Shown piece by piece: positions 51,034 to 62,391 of a DNA stretch of 64,000 nt (position 1 is its first letter; each line of letters starts with the position of its first letter). Location: positions 66 to 64,065 of the forward strand of contig CACZDM010000006.1 in the NCBI GenBank assembly GCA_902779915.1, read 5' to 3'. This stretch comes from Oscillospiraceae bacterium (GTDB lineage Bacteria > Bacillota > Clostridia > Oscillospirales > Ruminococcaceae). A program made the position numbers and the translations under genes. Under the pieces are notes generated by a model. The model was given only the letters and a program-made list of their open reading frames with translations. It searched no databases and was not told the origin of the DNA.

Positions 51034-51786
51034 TTGCAGAAAATATTTGGTTTGATTAAAAAAGCTATTGATGAGTTTGATTTAATTGAAACTGGAGATA
51101 AAATTGCAATTGGAGTTTCAGGCGGCAAGGACAGTTTGCTTTTGCTTGAAGGCTTGTGTAGAGTCAAAAAATACTTGCGCTTGAATTTTAGCATCATTGC
51201 AATAACGCTGGATTTACAGTTTGGTGGCACGCCTTCTAACTATGACTCTGTAAAAAATATTTGTGATAATTATAATATTCCATATATAGTCAAATTAACT
51301 GATATAGGAGATGTTATTTTCAACATCAGAAAAGAAACTCACCCCTGCAGTTTGTGCGCGAGGATGCGGCGCGGGGCTCTTCATGACATAGCAAAAGAAA
51401 ACGGCTGCAACAAAATTGCTTTTGGCCATCATTTAGATGACGCTGTTGAGACATTTCTCATGAACTTGTTTAATGAGGGAAGGATTGGCTGTTTTGCCCC
51501 AAAAACCTATCTTTCCAGGAAGGAAATAACCCTGATCAGGCCGCTTGTTTTTGTGACTGAAAGCGAGGTTTGTCGCGTCGCTAAAAAGCTTGGCTTTCAG
51601 GTCGTCAGGAGCGCTTGCCCAGCAGACGGCAAAACCGCCCGCCAATCAACAAAAGAATTTGTGGCCGGTCGTGAAAAGGTTGACGGCGGCTTTAAAAGGC
51701 GCATATTTGGCGCTATGCGAAGGGCAGGAATTGACGGTTGGGGGGAAAAATCAAATTTTTGCTGTGGTAAGTGTTTTCGGGCCTGA
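51034..51786 (+). CDS. ttcA: PP-loop ATPase, TtcA-like tRNA 2-thiocytidine synthase family
   Basis: GVSGGKDS PP-loop, CSLCARMRRG and GHH.DD motifs. TTG start after GGGAGG. Confidence 0.75.
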   Translation: MQKIFGLIKKAIDEFDLIETGDKIAIGVSGGKDSLLLLEGLCRVKKYLRLNFSIIAITLDLQFGGTPSNYDSVKNICDNYNIPYIVKLTDIGDVIFNIRKETHPCSLCARMRRGALHDIAKENGCNKIAFGHHLDDAVETFLMNLFNEGRIGCFAPKTYLSRKEITLIRPLVFVTESEVCRVAKKLGFQVVRSACPADGKTARQSTKEFVAGREKVDGGFKRRIFGAMRRAGIDGWGEKSNFCCGKCFRA

Positions 51787-51959
51787 ATCCTGTTCGGCTT
51801 TTTCAAGATGTGTGCGCTTTATATATGCCGCTTAAATTTCACAATGTGAATAAAATTATTTTTTTAAAATATTTATGACTATGTTTTGGATTTTCAAACC
51901 CAAATCCAACATTTGCCGCCCAGTCCTCTAGTTATTCATGACGTTGAGTTAAATTTGAT

Positions 51960-51988
51960 TTGACATTTCGAGAAAATTGTTGTAAAAT
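51960..51988 (+). promoter_or_regulatory. Candidate promoter of rny, implying a leader of about 210 nt
   Basis: TTGACA, 17 nt, TAAAAT. Confidence 0.45.
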
Positions 51989-52200
51989 TAAATGGACATA
52001 TCCTAGATCATGCTTTAGATTATGGTTTTAGATACAAATGAACTTTATATTACTTTTGGTTTTTTTGAATGAAAATATTTCGAAGTGTGATTGGAGTGCT
52101 TTTTTGATTATTAAAAAGCATAGGTCTTTTTGTGCTAGCAAAATTGGATGTTTTTTGAATTTGAGAAAGTGAGAATCAAGGGAGGTATATTTTAGAAGTT

Positions 52201-53766
52201 ATGGACACATTAATGGTTATTTTGTTAATAGTTTTGTCAACTTTAGTTTCGGGTTGTTTTGTTGCGTTTTTATTTTTCAAAATTGGAGTTAGGTATCGCA
52301 AAAAAATTGCTGAATCTGAAATTGGAAGCGCAGAGGAACATGCAAAAAATCTGGTTGAATCCGCAAAAAAAGAAGCCCAGTCAAGCAAAAAGCAAGCAAT
52401 TGTCGACGCTAAAGACGAGATCCACAAACTCCGAGCTGAGGCGGAAAAAGAGATCAAAGACAGGCGCTCAGAACTGAATCAACAGGAACGACGCCTCTTG
52501 AAAAAAGAAGAATCTTTAGAAAAAAAGATGACTCAGTTTGAAAAAAAAGAAGAAGGTTTAACAATAAAAACAGTTCAAATTGATAAAACGCTTGAGGAAG
52601 TTGAGCAGATTAAGCAAAATCAGCTAAATGCATTGGAAAAAATATCCGGAATGACTAAAGACCAAGCTATATCTCAGCTTTTATCAAGTTTTGACCACGA
52701 ACTTGAACACGAAAAAGCCGTCAGAATCGCCGTTTTGGAGCAGCAGATTAAGGATGATGTTGAGCAGAAAGCTCGAAATTTGATTTCTCTTGCCATTTCC
52801 AGATTTGCTGTTGATCAAACGTCGGAAATTGCGGTTTCTGTTGTTCCTTTGCCGTCGGATGAAATGAAGGGAAGAATAATTGGAAGAGAGGGCCGAAACA
52901 TTCGCTCGCTTGAAACTTTAACCGGCGTTGACCTTGTCATAGACGACACTCCAGAAGCAATAACTTTATCCTGTTTTGATCCCATTCGAAGAGAAATTGC
53001 GAGGCTGACTTTGGAGCATTTGATGGCAGACGGACGCATACATCCCGCTAAAATTGAAGAGACTGTTGAAAAATCTTCGCGCGAAGTTGAACAAATGATC
53101 AAATCAGAGGGCGAACGAGCGATCCTTGAAACAAATGTCCATGGAATCAATGCCGATATGACTAAATTGCTGGGGCGCTTAAAATATAGAACAAGTTATG
53201 GTCAAAATGTTTTAAACCACAGCATCGAGGTCTCTTTGATTGCGGGAATGATTGCTAGTGAACTTGAGCTAGACGCTCTTGCTGCCCGACGCGCTGGCCT
53301 TTTGCATGACATCGGAAAAGCTTTAAACCACGAAATCGAAGGATCTCATGTTAAAATAGGCGTTGACATAGTTAAAAAATATAAAGAATCTCCCGATATA
53401 GTCCATGCAATCCAGGCGCATCACGGCGATATAGAGCCCAAAACCCCCCTTGCTTTCATCATTCAGGCGGCTGACGCTATTTCGGCTGCGCGACCGGGAG
53501 CAAGACGTGAAAATGTCGAAAATTATCTAAAACGTCTTGAAAAACTGGAAGAAATCGCAAATTCATTTGAAGGAGTCGAAAATTCCTATGCGCTTCAGGC
53601 TGGTCGTGAAATCCGAATCATGGTTAAACCAGACGAAATTTCTGATGATAAAATGCAAATCATAGTCAATGATATTGTCAAGAGAATTGAAAATGAGCTA
53701 AACTATCCCGGCCAGGTTAAGGTCAATATGATTCGTGAAAGCAGGGCTGTGGGGTATGCTAAATAG
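52201..53766 (+). CDS. rny: Ribonuclease Y
   Basis: N-terminal TM, coiled coil, KH domain ([12 protein letters not shown]), HD domain (LLHDIGKA). Confidence 0.92.
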   Translation: MDTLMVILLIVLSTLVSGCFVAFLFFKIGVRYRKKIAESEIGSAEEHAKNLVESAKKEAQSSKKQAIVDAKDEIHKLRAEAEKEIKDRRSELNQQERRLLKKEESLEKKMTQFEKKEEGLTIKTVQIDKTLEEVEQIKQNQLNALEKISGMTKDQAISQLLSSFDHELEHEKAVRIAVLEQQIKDDVEQKARNLISLAISRFAVDQTSEIAVSVVPLPSDEMKGRIIGREGRNIRSLETLTGVDLVIDDTPEAITLSCFDPIRREIARLTLEHLMADGRIHPAKIEETVEKSSREVEQMIKSEGERAILETNVHGINADMTKLLGRLKYRTSYGQNVLNHSIEVSLIAGMIASELELDALAARRAGLLHDIGKALNHEIEGSHVKIGVDIVKKYKESPDIVHAIQAHHGDIEPKTPLAFIIQAADAISAARPGARRENVENYLKRLEKLEEIANSFEGVENSYALQAGREIRIMVKPDEISDDKMQIIVNDIVKRIENELNYPGQVKVNMIRESRAVGYAK

Positions 53767-53787
53767 ACAAGATTTTTTGAGGCGAAA

Positions 53788-54669
53788 ATGAAAAATTTTG
53801 AATATAACCTATATAATCCCAAACATATTAAAAAATTGCTGAGTGAGCATGGTTTTTTTGTTTCAAAGTCTCTTGGGCAAAATTTTTTGACAAATTCATC
53901 AGTTGGGGCGAAAATGGCCAAACTGTCGGGAGCGGAGGATGGATTTGTTTTGGAGATCGGGCCCGGAATTGGCGCTTTAACAAAAGAATTGGCAAAAGTT
54001 TCGAAAAAAGTTTGCAGCATTGAAATAGATTCCAGGTTGATCCCAATTTTGAACCAAACGCTTTTGGGGTTTAAAAATGTCGAGATAATAAACGAAGATA
54101 TTTTGAAAACAGACATAAAAACTCTAATTCGCGAAAAATCCGATGGAATGAAAGCGGTTGTGTGCGCTAATTTGCCATATTACATCACCTCGCCAATCAT
54201 TATGCGCCTTTTAGAGCTGGATCTTGGCGTTAAAGCAATAACTGTTATGGTTCAAAAGGAGGCGGGGCGTCGAATTTGCGCAGAGCCTGGGAGAAGAGAG
54301 TGCGGCGCGATCAGTTTAGCAGTCAGATACTATTCAACGCCTAGACTTCTTTTTGATTTGCCGAATTCTTCTTTTTTCCCCAAGCCGAATGTTGACAGCT
54401 CGGTGATTCGCCTAGAAATTAATCAAATCGCCCCAGTTAAAATAAAAAATCGGGATGGCTTTTTTAGGTTGGTTCGGGTCGCTTTTTCGCAAAGAAGAAA
54501 AATTTTGATAAATCCCGTTGCTTCAAGCTTTAACATATCAAAAGATCATCTTAGAAATATTTTGCTGAATTTGAAAATTCCCCCAAGCGCTCGAGCAGAA
54601 CAGCTTTCCCTGGAGCAATTTGCAAGCATTTCGAATTCAATTGAAAATTTTTTATGTATTCGCAAATAA
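53788..54669 (+). CDS. rsmA: 16S rRNA (adenine1518/1519-N6)-dimethyltransferase
   Basis: GQNFL, EIGPGIGALT SAM motif, NLPYYI. Confidence 0.9.
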   Translation: MKNFEYNLYNPKHIKKLLSEHGFFVSKSLGQNFLTNSSVGAKMAKLSGAEDGFVLEIGPGIGALTKELAKVSKKVCSIEIDSRLIPILNQTLLGFKNVEIINEDILKTDIKTLIREKSDGMKAVVCANLPYYITSPIIMRLLELDLGVKAITVMVQKEAGRRICAEPGRRECGAISLAVRYYSTPRLLFDLPNSSFFPKPNVDSSVIRLEINQIAPVKIKNRDGFFRLVRVAFSQRRKILINPVASSFNISKDHLRNILLNLKIPPSARAEQLSLEQFASISNSIENFLCIRK

Positions 54670-54721
54670 TGCTGCGATATAAAAAAACAACCGCTGTGAG
54701 TTAAATTTTTTCTTAGTTTTA

Positions 54722-55146
54722 GGTTATATTTGTCCCATTAATCCTTCTTTAGCCAAAACTTGCTCTTTAATTTAAAAACCTGGCCCAAATCAATCCTTCC
54801 TCAAACAAGCTCTAAAAAAACAATAGCGATTGGCCGCTTAATCTTTTGCCGGCCCACCATCAACCACGACCTTAAAACCAATTTAAAACGCCCCCTCTTT
54901 TGCCGCCAATAACAAGCCAAGGTCAAAACTCTTGAGGGCGCAAACCTACCACCTGTCGCGGACGCTTCCAAAGAAACTTTTGCTTGAGTAAAGTTTAATA
55001 TTACAGTTAGTTGTGAGATGGCGGCGCTTTTTTGGTTTTTGCATGGCTTTTTGAAACGTGATCAAGGATATTGTAATTTATTGAACTTTTTAGATAAATA
55101 ATCAGATATTTTAAGCGAGGAGTTTTAATGGGACAAATATAACCCA
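54722..55146 (-). repeat. Full-length foldback element with perfect 16-nt terminal inverted repeat (B arm 54722-54930, A arm 54931-55146 on the minus strand)
   Basis: GGTTATATTTGTCCCA at the left end and TGGGACAAATATAACC at the right end. The A arm carries CCATCTCACAACTAACTGTAATATTAAAC and GGTGGTAGGTTTGCGCCCTCAAG. Confidence 0.85.
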
Positions 55147-55233
55147 ATAAAATAATACAATCAGTTTTTGAGATTTCAATTACCATTAGTTGTCAACCTT
55201 CAAGATTTACAATTTTTGATGTTTTGGAATAAC

Positions 55234-55262
55234 TTGACTTTGAAAATGACATGATATATAAT
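55234..55262 (+). promoter_or_regulatory. Promoter of pflB
   Basis: TTGACT, 17 nt, TATAAT. Confidence 0.5.
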
Positions 55263-55325
55263 AATGGACAGATTTTGTTTTTTATGATTCGAAATTTCTT
55301 TAAAATAAAATAGGGAGATGGTGCT

Positions 55326-57539
55326 GTGAACTTTAGGAAAGGAAACTGGAGCTCGGAAATTGACGTTAGAGATTTTATTGTTTTGAACTACACTCCTTAT
55401 GATGGCGATGAAAGTTTTTTGAGCGGACCAAGCAAAAAAACTAAAAAATTGTGGAGCGTTGTTAAAGATCTGCTAGACAAAGAAAGAGAAGCTGGTGGCG
55501 TTTTGTCAATAGACGCAAAAACCATCTCCAACATAGACGCTTTTGAGCCCGGATATATAGACAAAGAAAACGAGTCAATCGTTGGCCTCCAAACCTCCCG
55601 TCCCCTTGAGCGAGCAATCATGCCATATGGCGGAATAAGAATGGTTAAAAATTCTTTGAGTGCATATAAAATGCAACTTGATCCCTCAATTGAAGAAATT
55701 TTTACCCACAGAAAAACTCACAATGACGGCGTTTTTGATGCATACACAGATGAAATGAAAAAAGCCCGCCACTATGGGATAATCACCGGTTTGCCGGATG
55801 CGTATGGAAGAGGCAGGATCATTGGCGACTATCGAAGGGTTGCGCTTTATGGGGTTGATCGCTTAATTGAGAGCAAAACTTTGGCTCTTGATGATCTGGA
55901 CGTTGATTCTATGACTGAGGACATTATTCGAAAAAGGGAGGAAACCAACGAGCAGATACGCGCGCTTAAATCGCTCAAAAACATGGCAGCAAGATATGGT
56001 TTTGACATTTCCTTACCAGCAAAAGATTCAAAACAGGCAATACAGTGGCTGTATTTTGCATATTTGGCCGCAACTAAAGATCAAAATGGCGCGGCGATGT
56101 CTTTGGGAAGAGTTTCGACATTTTTAGACATATATTCCGAGCGCGACTTGGCAAAGGGCATATATAGCGAAGAGGAAATTCAAGAGTTTGTCGATCATTT
56201 TGTCATGAAGCTGCGGCTGATTAAATTTTTGCGAACTCCTGCGTATGACCAGCTTTTTTCAGGCGATCCAACTTGGGTGACCGAAGCTATAGGCGGCGTT
56301 TGCGTTGATGGGCGCCATATGGTCACTAAAATGTCATATCGTTTTCTACACACACTGACAAATTTAGGCCATGCTCCAGAGCCAAATTTGACGATTTTGT
56401 GGTCTGAAAATTTACCTCAAAATTTCAAGCTATACGCAAGTTCTGTTTCCATAAACACTTCCTCAATTCAATATGAAAATGACGATGTTATGAGGGCAAA
56501 GCTTGGAGATGACTATGCTATTGCGTGTTGCGTTTCGCCAATGAAAGTTGGAAAACAGATGCAGTTTTTTGGCGCAAGATGCAACTTGGCTAAAGCTTTG
56601 TTATACGCGCTAAATGGTGGAAAAGACGAAATGGCTGGAGAACAGGTTGCCCCAGAAACTTGCCCAGTTGGAGATGGCAAGTTGCTTTATGATGATGTGT
56701 TGAAAAAATATGGAGCGGTTTTAGACTGGCTTGCAAAATTATATATTAATGCGCTAAACATTATACACTATATGCACGATAAGTATTGCTATGAAAAAAT
56801 CCAAATGGCGCTTCACGACGACGATATCACAAGAACTATGGCAGGCGGAATAGCAGGGCTTTCGGTTGTTGCGGACAGCTTAAGCGCGATAAAATATGCA
56901 GATGTCTATCCTGTTCGAAATTCCCAGGGGCTGATTGTTGACTTTAAAATCCAAGGGCAGTATCCCGCTTTTGGAAACAATGACGATCGAGTTGACAAAA
57001 TCGCAATTGACGTCGCGAAAGGATTCATGAAGCGCTTGAGAAAACACAAAGCCTATAGAAACAGCAGGCCAACCATGTCCATATTAACCATAACATCCAA
57101 CGTTGTGTATGGAAAAAAGACAGGCTCAACCCCAGACGGAAGAAAAGCGGGCGTTCCATTTGCTCCTGGCGCAAATCCGATGCATGGACGGGATAGCAAC
57201 GGCTCTGTTGCTTCAATGAGATCGGTTGCAAAGCTTCCGTTTGAATATGCCCAAGACGGAATTTCATACACATTTTCAATTGTCCCTGGCGCGCTGGGAA
57301 AAAATTCAAACGACAAAAAGCAAAATTTAGTCAGCTTGCTTGATGGATATTTTGCAGACCGAGGCCACCACATAAACGTTAACGTTATAGATAAAGACGT
57401 TTTAATCGACGCGATGGACCACCCTGAGAAATACCCTCAACTGACAATCCGCGTTTCTGGATATGCTGTTAATTTTGTTAAACTGACAAGAGAGCAACAG
57501 CTGGACGTTTTGAGCAGGACATTCCACTCGAGGCTGTGA
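55326..57539 (+). CDS. pflB: Formate C-acetyltransferase (pyruvate formate-lyase)
   Basis: 737 aa, active-site ACCVSPM, C-terminal glycyl-radical motif RVSGYAV. GTG start as in the ORF track. Confidence 0.92.
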   Translation: MNFRKGNWSSEIDVRDFIVLNYTPYDGDESFLSGPSKKTKKLWSVVKDLLDKEREAGGVLSIDAKTISNIDAFEPGYIDKENESIVGLQTSRPLERAIMPYGGIRMVKNSLSAYKMQLDPSIEEIFTHRKTHNDGVFDAYTDEMKKARHYGIITGLPDAYGRGRIIGDYRRVALYGVDRLIESKTLALDDLDVDSMTEDIIRKREETNEQIRALKSLKNMAARYGFDISLPAKDSKQAIQWLYFAYLAATKDQNGAAMSLGRVSTFLDIYSERDLAKGIYSEEEIQEFVDHFVMKLRLIKFLRTPAYDQLFSGDPTWVTEAIGGVCVDGRHMVTKMSYRFLHTLTNLGHAPEPNLTILWSENLPQNFKLYASSVSINTSSIQYENDDVMRAKLGDDYAIACCVSPMKVGKQMQFFGARCNLAKALLYALNGGKDEMAGEQVAPETCPVGDGKLLYDDVLKKYGAVLDWLAKLYINALNIIHYMHDKYCYEKIQMALHDDDITRTMAGGIAGLSVVADSLSAIKYADVYPVRNSQGLIVDFKIQGQYPAFGNNDDRVDKIAIDVAKGFMKRLRKHKAYRNSRPTMSILTITSNVVYGKKTGSTPDGRKAGVPFAPGANPMHGRDSNGSVASMRSVAKLPFEYAQDGISYTFSIVPGALGKNSNDKKQNLVSLLDGYFADRGHHINVNVIDKDVLIDAMDHPEKYPQLTIRVSGYAVNFVKLTREQQLDVLSRTFHSRL

Positions 57540-58273
57540 CGAAAGATATGGACGTTAAAGGAAGGATCCACTCCATCGAAACTCTGGGCTTGGTTGACGG
57601 GCCAGGTCTTCGGTTTGTTGTTTTTTTGCAGGGCTGCCATTTGAGATGTCTATACTGTCACAATCCGGATTCATGGGAGGAAAATCAGGGAAGGATTATT
57701 GGGGCAAAAGAGCTGGCCTTGAAAATTCAAGAATATGAGCCGTATATAAAAAATGGCGGCGTGACGCTGTCTGGAGGAGAGCCTCTTTTGCAAAGCGAGT
57801 TTTGCGCAGAGGTCTTGAGGTTATGTAAACAACTTGGATTTCACACCGCCTGCGACACTGCAGGAAGCGTTTCGCTAAAAACAGCAGTCAAAGTCCTGGA
57901 GCAAACCGACCTTGTTTTGCTGGACATTAAAGATTTAGACAAAGATGACTGCAAAAAACTTTGTGGAATATCGCCAAAAATGCCAATAGATATTTTAAGA
58001 TATTGTGAAAAAGTTGAAAAAGACGTTTGGATCCGCCATGTCCTGCTCCCGGGCTACACATTAAAACAGTCTAAACTTGAACGTCTTGCGGATTTTTTAA
58101 AAAAATTTTCCTGCGTTAAAAAAATTGAGCTGCTCCCGTTTCACAAAATGGGCGAGTTTAAATGGAAAACGCTAAAAATCAGATACTTGCTTTCAAACGT
58201 TTTAGAGCCCTCGAAAGAAGAAATCAAGACAGCAATTGAAATTTTTCGCTCTCGTGGATTAAAAGTTGATTAG
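57536..58273 (+). CDS. pflA: Pyruvate formate-lyase activating enzyme (radical SAM)
   Basis: [13 protein letters not shown] CxxxCxxC cluster. The start is either the GTG overlapping the pflB stop or the ATG at 57548. Confidence 0.9.
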   Translation: MTKDMDVKGRIHSIETLGLVDGPGLRFVVFLQGCHLRCLYCHNPDSWEENQGRIIGAKELALKIQEYEPYIKNGGVTLSGGEPLLQSEFCAEVLRLCKQLGFHTACDTAGSVSLKTAVKVLEQTDLVLLDIKDLDKDDCKKLCGISPKMPIDILRYCEKVEKDVWIRHVLLPGYTLKQSKLERLADFLKKFSCVKKIELLPFHKMGEFKWKTLKIRYLLSNVLEPSKEEIKTAIEIFRSRGLKVD

Positions 58274-58304
58274 TTATTAAATATATTTTTTGCGCCACAT
58301 AAAT

Positions 58305-58775
58305 TTAAAAATTTTTACAGAGATTTGCCATTTCTATTGCAGACATAGCCGCATCAAACCCTTTGTTTCCGGCTTTTGTTCCGGCTCTTTCGACCGCTTG
58401 CTCAAGGTTGTCTGTTGTCAAAATCCCAAAAATAACGGGGATATCTTGGCCAAGAGAAACGCTTGCAATCCCTTTGGAAACTTCTGCGCAGACGTGGTCA
58501 TAATGTGATGTTGCCCCGCGAACAACCGCTCCAAGGCATATTATTGCATCATATTTTTTTGATTTTGCCATTTTGCTCGCAATCAGCGGAATCTCAAACG
58601 CCCCCGGGACCCACGCAACGTCTATATGATCTTCCAAAACACCGTGACGATTTAAGCAGTCCGCCGCCCCTTCAAGCAATTTTTGAGTTATAAATTCATT
58701 AAATCTTGAAACAACAATCCCAAATTTTAGATCAGTTGCAGTTAATTTCCCATTAAAAACTCTCATAAAATTCAA
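58305..58775 (-). CDS. ribH: 6,7-dimethyl-8-ribityllumazine synthase
   Basis: 156 aa, WVPGAFEIP motif. Confidence 0.9.
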   Translation of the reverse strand: MNFMRVFNGKLTATDLKFGIVVSRFNEFITQKLLEGAADCLNRHGVLEDHIDVAWVPGAFEIPLIASKMAKSKKYDAIICLGAVVRGATSHYDHVCAEVSKGIASVSLGQDIPVIFGILTTDNLEQAVERAGTKAGNKGFDAAMSAIEMANLCKNF

Positions 58776-58782
58776 ATCCTTT

Positions 58783-59976
58783 CTATAAAATATGACCCAT
58801 TTTTTCTTTTTTAGTCTTTAAATAAAATTCATTATGCATATTGGGCTTTATCCTAATTGGAATTCGCTTTGAAACCTCTATGCCATATTTTTTCAAATCA
58901 TTAACTTTTTTTGGATTGTTTGTTATTAATTTAACGCTTCCAACCCCCAGGTCTTTCAAAATCTGCGCTCCTAAAAAATATTCACGCGGATCTTCCTCAA
59001 ATCCCAGCGCAACGTTAGCCTGAGCGGTGTCGAGGCCTTTTTCTTGAAGGTGATATGCTCGAAGTTTATTTAAAAGGCCAATCCCCCTCCCCTCCTGGCG
59101 AAGATATATTAAAACGCCCTTTTTTGCTTTTTTGATCATGTCCATTGACGCCAAAAATTGTTCGCCACAGTCACATTTTTTAGACCCGAAAACATCGCCG
59201 GTTATACACTCAGAGTGAATCCTGCAGAGAATTTCATCTCCATCATCAACCTCTCCCATGACCAAAGCGACGTGGCTTTGGTTTGCTATTTCATACGCAT
59301 ATCCATGTAAAACGAAATCGCCATATTTTGTCGGCAGATCAACAGCCTCAATTTTTTTAATCAATTTTTCATGAGCTTTTCTATATTCAGCCAGCTCACT
59401 GATAGATATATATACTAAATCAAATTTTTTAGAAAACGCTTCCAGCTCAGATCTTTGCATCATCTCCCCATCATCGTTCATGATTTCACAACACAATCCG
59501 CATTCTTCAAGTCCCGCCAACCTGCAAAGATCAACAGTTGCTTCGGTATGGCCTGCTCTTTGCAAAACTCCACCCGATCTTGCAACCAGAGGAAACATAT
59601 GGCCAGGTCTTCGAAAGTCGGACGCTTGAGAGCTTTTTTTAACAAATTCAGTCGCCGTCATTGAGCGATCGCCAGCAGAAATTCCAGTTGAAGTTTTTAT
59701 GTGATCGATGGAAACTGTGAATGCAGTGTTGTGGTTATCAGTGTTTTCAAAGGTCATTGGCGCCAATTTAAATTTATCTGCAAATTTTTGGGATATTGGC
59801 ATGCAAATGAGCCCCCGCCCATGAGTTGCCATGAAATTCACATTTTGTTTAGTTGCAAATTCAGCTGAGCATATTAAATCCCCTTCATTTTCTCGATTTT
59901 TATCATCTGAAACGATAATTATTTTTCCATCTCGAAGATTTTTAAGCGCAAGCTGCATTTTTTCTTTGTTTTTCAT
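58783..59976 (-). CDS. ribBA: Bifunctional 3,4-dihydroxy-2-butanone-4-phosphate synthase / GTP cyclohydrolase II
   Basis: DHBP synthase N-half (RENEGDL) and GCH-II C-half (CxC...[11 protein letters not shown]). Confidence 0.9.
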   Translation of the reverse strand: MKNKEKMQLALKNLRDGKIIIVSDDKNRENEGDLICSAEFATKQNVNFMATHGRGLICMPISQKFADKFKLAPMTFENTDNHNTAFTVSIDHIKTSTGISAGDRSMTATEFVKKSSQASDFRRPGHMFPLVARSGGVLQRAGHTEATVDLCRLAGLEECGLCCEIMNDDGEMMQRSELEAFSKKFDLVYISISELAEYRKAHEKLIKKIEAVDLPTKYGDFVLHGYAYEIANQSHVALVMGEVDDGDEILCRIHSECITGDVFGSKKCDCGEQFLASMDMIKKAKKGVLIYLRQEGRGIGLLNKLRAYHLQEKGLDTAQANVALGFEEDPREYFLGAQILKDLGVGSVKLITNNPKKVNDLKKYGIEVSKRIPIRIKPNMHNEFYLKTKKEKMGHIL

Positions 59977-60004
59977 TTTAAAACGTCTCCCTTAAAATGT
60001 CGAA

Positions 60005-60658
60005 TCAACCAAAAAACCCAGCATTAATCAGACTTTGTTTGGTCAATTTGCTGGAATTTTTTTGGGTGGAACCTGCGTTTAGCAGTTTTTCAACATGCTT
60101 TGCCACTATATCGGCCTCTATATTAACAACAAGGTTTTTTTCAAACAATCCAGCAGTCGTTTGCGAAAGAGTGTGTGGAATAATTGAAACTGTGAAACTT
60201 TTTTCATCAACCGAGACAACAGTCAGACTTATCCCATCAACACAAACTGATCCTTTTTTTACTATATATTTTAAAATTTTTGACGGCGCTTTAATTTTAT
60301 ATGAAATCGATATCCCATCACGCCTTTTTTCAGCCACAACTCCAACGCCGTCAATGTGGCCTGTGACGATATGCCCATCAAAGCGTCCCGACGCCGAAAC
60401 TGCGCGCTCCAAATTAACCAAACTTCCAACGCAAAAAAATTTTGCCGCGCTGTTTTTTATGGTCTCATTCATTATGTCAACAGCAAAAATTTTAGATTTG
60501 ATATCAACAATAGTCAAACATATCCCATTAACAGCAACGCTATCACCAATATTTAACTGATTTGATATTATACTAGAGCAAACATTCATTTTCATCCCAT
60601 TGCAATTTTTTTCAATATATGTTACTTTTCCAATCTCTTCAACAATTCCCGTAAACAA
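60005..60658 (-). CDS. ribE: Riboflavin synthase alpha chain
   Basis: (M)FTGIVEEIG start and duplicated lumazine-binding repeats. Start moved to the TTG giving the canonical MFTGIVE N-terminus. Confidence 0.88.
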   Translation of the reverse strand: MFTGIVEEIGKVTYIEKNCNGMKMNVCSSIISNQLNIGDSVAVNGICLTIVDIKSKIFAVDIMNETIKNSAAKFFCVGSLVNLERAVSASGRFDGHIVTGHIDGVGVVAEKRRDGISISYKIKAPSKILKYIVKKGSVCVDGISLTVVSVDEKSFTVSIIPHTLSQTTAGLFEKNLVVNIEADIVAKHVEKLLNAGSTQKNSSKLTKQSLINAGFFG

Positions 60659-60662
60659 AAAA

Positions 60663-61763
60663 TCACTTCCCAAAATGACTGGATCTATATTCAATCAAAA
60701 CATCATCGCCCAAAACTTGAATTTTGCTCCTTTTGAGGGCGGTGGCTTGACTCAAATTTTCAAATCCTTGCCCTCCAACAGGCGTTTTAGCCATAACCCC
60801 TCCAATAATTTTTGGCGCAATATATGAATATATAACGTTTATTAGATTATTTTCGACAAAGCTGTGATTTATTTCTGAGCCTCCCTCAACCAAAACGCTG
60901 TCAATCCCGATTTGATATAATTTTTTCAAAAGCTCTTTCAAATCAACTCGCCCCTTGACGCTCCGAACTTTTAAAATTTTAACGCCTGCTCTTTGAAGCT
61001 TGGCAATTTTTTTGCTATTTTCAACAGAACATGCAATATATGTCTTTTGAATTTTAGCAGTTTTGACAATTTTTGAATTTAAAGGCGTTTTCAAATGGGT
61101 GTCACAAACTATTCGAACGGGATCTCTTTTTTGCGGCAATCTGCAGTTTAGTTGAGGGTTGTCAGATATTACAGTGTTGATGCCAACCAAAACAGCGCCA
61201 TACACACTTCTTAAATAATGAGCATGTCGGCGAGAGAGTTCACCTGTGATCCACTTGGAATTTCCTGTATATGTTGAAATTTTCCCGTCCGCAGTCATCC
61301 CGAATTTTAGCGCAACAAAAGGCATTTTAGTCTTCATATTGTGGAAAAAAATTTCATTTAATTTTTCACATTTTTTTTGCATGCATCCAACGCAAACTTC
61401 TATTCCACTTTTTTTCAGCAGCTTTATCCCTTTGCCAAAAACAAGCGGATTGGGATCCAGCGTTCCAACAACAACCCTTTTGATTTGGCTGTTTATTATT
61501 AAATTTGCGCATGGAGGCGTTTTGCCATAATGCGAACAAGGCTCTAGGTTAACATAAAGCGTTGCTCCATAGGCCGAGCCTTTGAGGTTTAAAATAGCGT
61601 TTCGTTCTGCATGATATCCGCCGAAAAATTTGTGATATCCTGTAGATAATATTTGCCCATCTTTAACAATAACCGCCCCAACCAGAGGATTAGTTTTAAC
61701 ATATCCTTTGCCTTTTTTTGCAAGATTTAAAGCTAAATTCATATATTTTGAATCAATTTTCAA
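60663..61763 (-). CDS. ribD: Bifunctional riboflavin biosynthesis deaminase/reductase
   Basis: HAE...PCSH....PPC CMP/dCMP deaminase zinc motif plus a C-terminal reductase domain. TTG start. Confidence 0.9.
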   Translation of the reverse strand: MKIDSKYMNLALNLAKKGKGYVKTNPLVGAVIVKDGQILSTGYHKFFGGYHAERNAILNLKGSAYGATLYVNLEPCSHYGKTPPCANLIINSQIKRVVVGTLDPNPLVFGKGIKLLKKSGIEVCVGCMQKKCEKLNEIFFHNMKTKMPFVALKFGMTADGKISTYTGNSKWITGELSRRHAHYLRSVYGAVLVGINTVISDNPQLNCRLPQKRDPVRIVCDTHLKTPLNSKIVKTAKIQKTYIACSVENSKKIAKLQRAGVKILKVRSVKGRVDLKELLKKLYQIGIDSVLVEGGSEINHSFVENNLINVIYSYIAPKIIGGVMAKTPVGGQGFENLSQATALKRSKIQVLGDDVLIEYRSSHFGK

Positions 61764-61815
61764 AAAAACACCACACTTTATCGCAACACATATAACATCA
61801 AAAGTAACATTATTA

Positions 61816-61844
61816 AATATACAATATTATTTTGAAAATGTCAA
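61816..61844 (-). promoter_or_regulatory. Candidate rib operon promoter (leader only about 45 nt)
   Basis: Minus strand: TTGACA, 17 nt, TATATT. Confidence 0.45.
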
Positions 61845-61888
61845 TTGATTTAAATCAAAAATCCCCTGCTTGATTTTTTTACTGGATT

Positions 61889-62105
61889 GGGTTACATTTG
61901 TCCTAATAACTTCTCTCACTTAAAATATGCGACTTTTTGCTTAAAAAAACAATATATTATGATATCATTTATTGCGTTCCAAAAAACAATGCAAAAGTGG
62001 AATAAGCGCCTCCATCTCACAACTAACTGTAATATTCAATCTTGCGGGGGCTCCCAGTCCATTTAAAACCGTCCGTAACAAGCGGTAGGCTTGCGCCCTC
62101 AAAAG
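61889..62105 (+). repeat. Half copy (A arm) of the foldback family; a degenerate remainder may extend to about 62190
   Basis: GGGTTACATTTGTCC..., CTTAAAATATGCGAC, CCATCTCACAACTAACTGTAATATT, AACAAGCGGTAGGCTTGCGCCCTCAA. Confidence 0.8.
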
Positions 62106-62281
62106 CTCTTTTTGATTAAAAAAATTTTATGAAACCCTCAACAAACAATAAACTGTGAGTGATGACCAAAGCTTTATTACTGATAAAACTGGATGGCTGC
62201 GAAAATATCAAATTATTTCAGCGGATTTGATTTATTTTTTATCATCAAGAAAATTTATATTAATTATTTTTTTATTCACTG

Positions 62282-62310
62282 TTGACAAACAATTCAAAAT
62301 GTGATAATAT
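62282..62310 (+). promoter_or_regulatory. Promoter of the 62392 gene
   Basis: TTGACA, 17 nt, TGaTAATAT. Confidence 0.5.
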
Positions 62311-62391
62311 AATTTTGGGGATTGTATATATATAAGCTAAAATTTCCCCAGCATAAAAAATTAATTTTAATCAAAAAGGAGCGTGTTTAAA

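Noticed and set aside
53703-54116. 137-aa minus-strand ORF spanning the rny-rsmA junction
   Set aside because: It is antisense to two strongly supported conserved genes, has low-complexity composition, and has no RBS.
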